IMG/VR virus record: IMGVR_UViG_3300032053_005312
Location: 1 to 64,000 of that record
DNA from: a virus
Strand: one strand, 5' to 3'
DNA length: 64,000 nt
Below, in pieces: positions 63,616-64,000 of the stretch. The position numbers and the translations under genes were made by a program. Below the pieces are notes generated by a model. That model saw only the letters and a program-made list of their open reading frames with translations. It had not been told where the DNA came from and ran no database searches. Numbering within the stretch: the first letter of the stretch is position 1; every line of letters starts with the position of its first letter.

Positions 63616-64000
63616 ATGGAAAGTCCATTTTTGTTGCGTATTGTGGGCAACAAGATTGCTCCGGTCGCCATGAACCCTAATGTTCCCACACTTAGTTTTT
63701 GGTGTGAGCTTCATCGTTCGGCAGGTCAAGATCGCAGCCTTGCCGTAATCATGATTCCAGATAACTGGCATGATATGCTGGTTCAAGATGCCCATATGCA
63801 AATGGGAGCAATGGTCTTTGCTGCCTCTCAAGCCAAAGACTATTGGAACCACAAGTTTGGGCCATTATCCAAAAAAGAAATACATGATCGGGCGTGGTCG
63901 TCTGAGGCAGAATTACTTCATTATTTTGCTCGCACCGCTCCTGACTTCAAAGCCAACGACTACCAGAAGAAGATCATGGAAAAATACCAAAAGGGTATTG
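63616..64000 (+). CDS. Hypothetical protein (partial, runs off window)
   Basis: RBS GGAG; open frame MESPFLLRIV.. Confidence 0.55.
   Translation, partial: MESPFLLRIVGNKIAPVAMNPNVPTLSFWCELHRSAGQDRSLAVIMIPDNWHDMLVQDAHMQMGAMVFAASQAKDYWNHKFGPLSKKEIHDRAWSSEAELLHYFARTAPDFKANDYQKKIMEKYQKGI

Overview
This 64-kb window looks like part of a jumbo (huge) phage genome. Genes are dense and mostly on the + strand, the genetic code appears standard, and there are T4-like gp32 and gp23 fragments. Host-like genes (standalone RNAP alpha-CTD, BON-domain protein, two CsrA) suggest a Planctomycetota host, which is an inference. The window is dominated by translation functions. It holds about 35 tRNA genes with readable anticodons (essentially none encoding CCA), interleaved with HNH homing endonucleases and many tRNA-derived or structured ncRNAs. 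It also encodes streamlined TrpRS, GluRS, MetRS, ArgRS, RF1, RRF, Pth2, ClpS and an L7/L12-like protein, plus a TROVE/Ro60 remnant, NAD/ADP-ribose-related enzymes, methyl- and glycosyltransferases, FolD and Prs. The main candidate new systems are: (1) prfB-style +1 frameshift sites rewired for new sensors, with TrpRS split at CUU-UGG-C (Trp codon), the PxT-type RF1 split at CUU-UAG-C, and RRF possibly also needing a +1 bypass of a stop; (2) a bulged-helix RNA module (putative Ro60-binding Y RNA) present both free and circularly permuted inside a tRNA anticodon arm next to the TROVE remnant; (3) six tRNAs sharing a non-canonical fold. All structures and homologies were read by eye and need computational confirmation.
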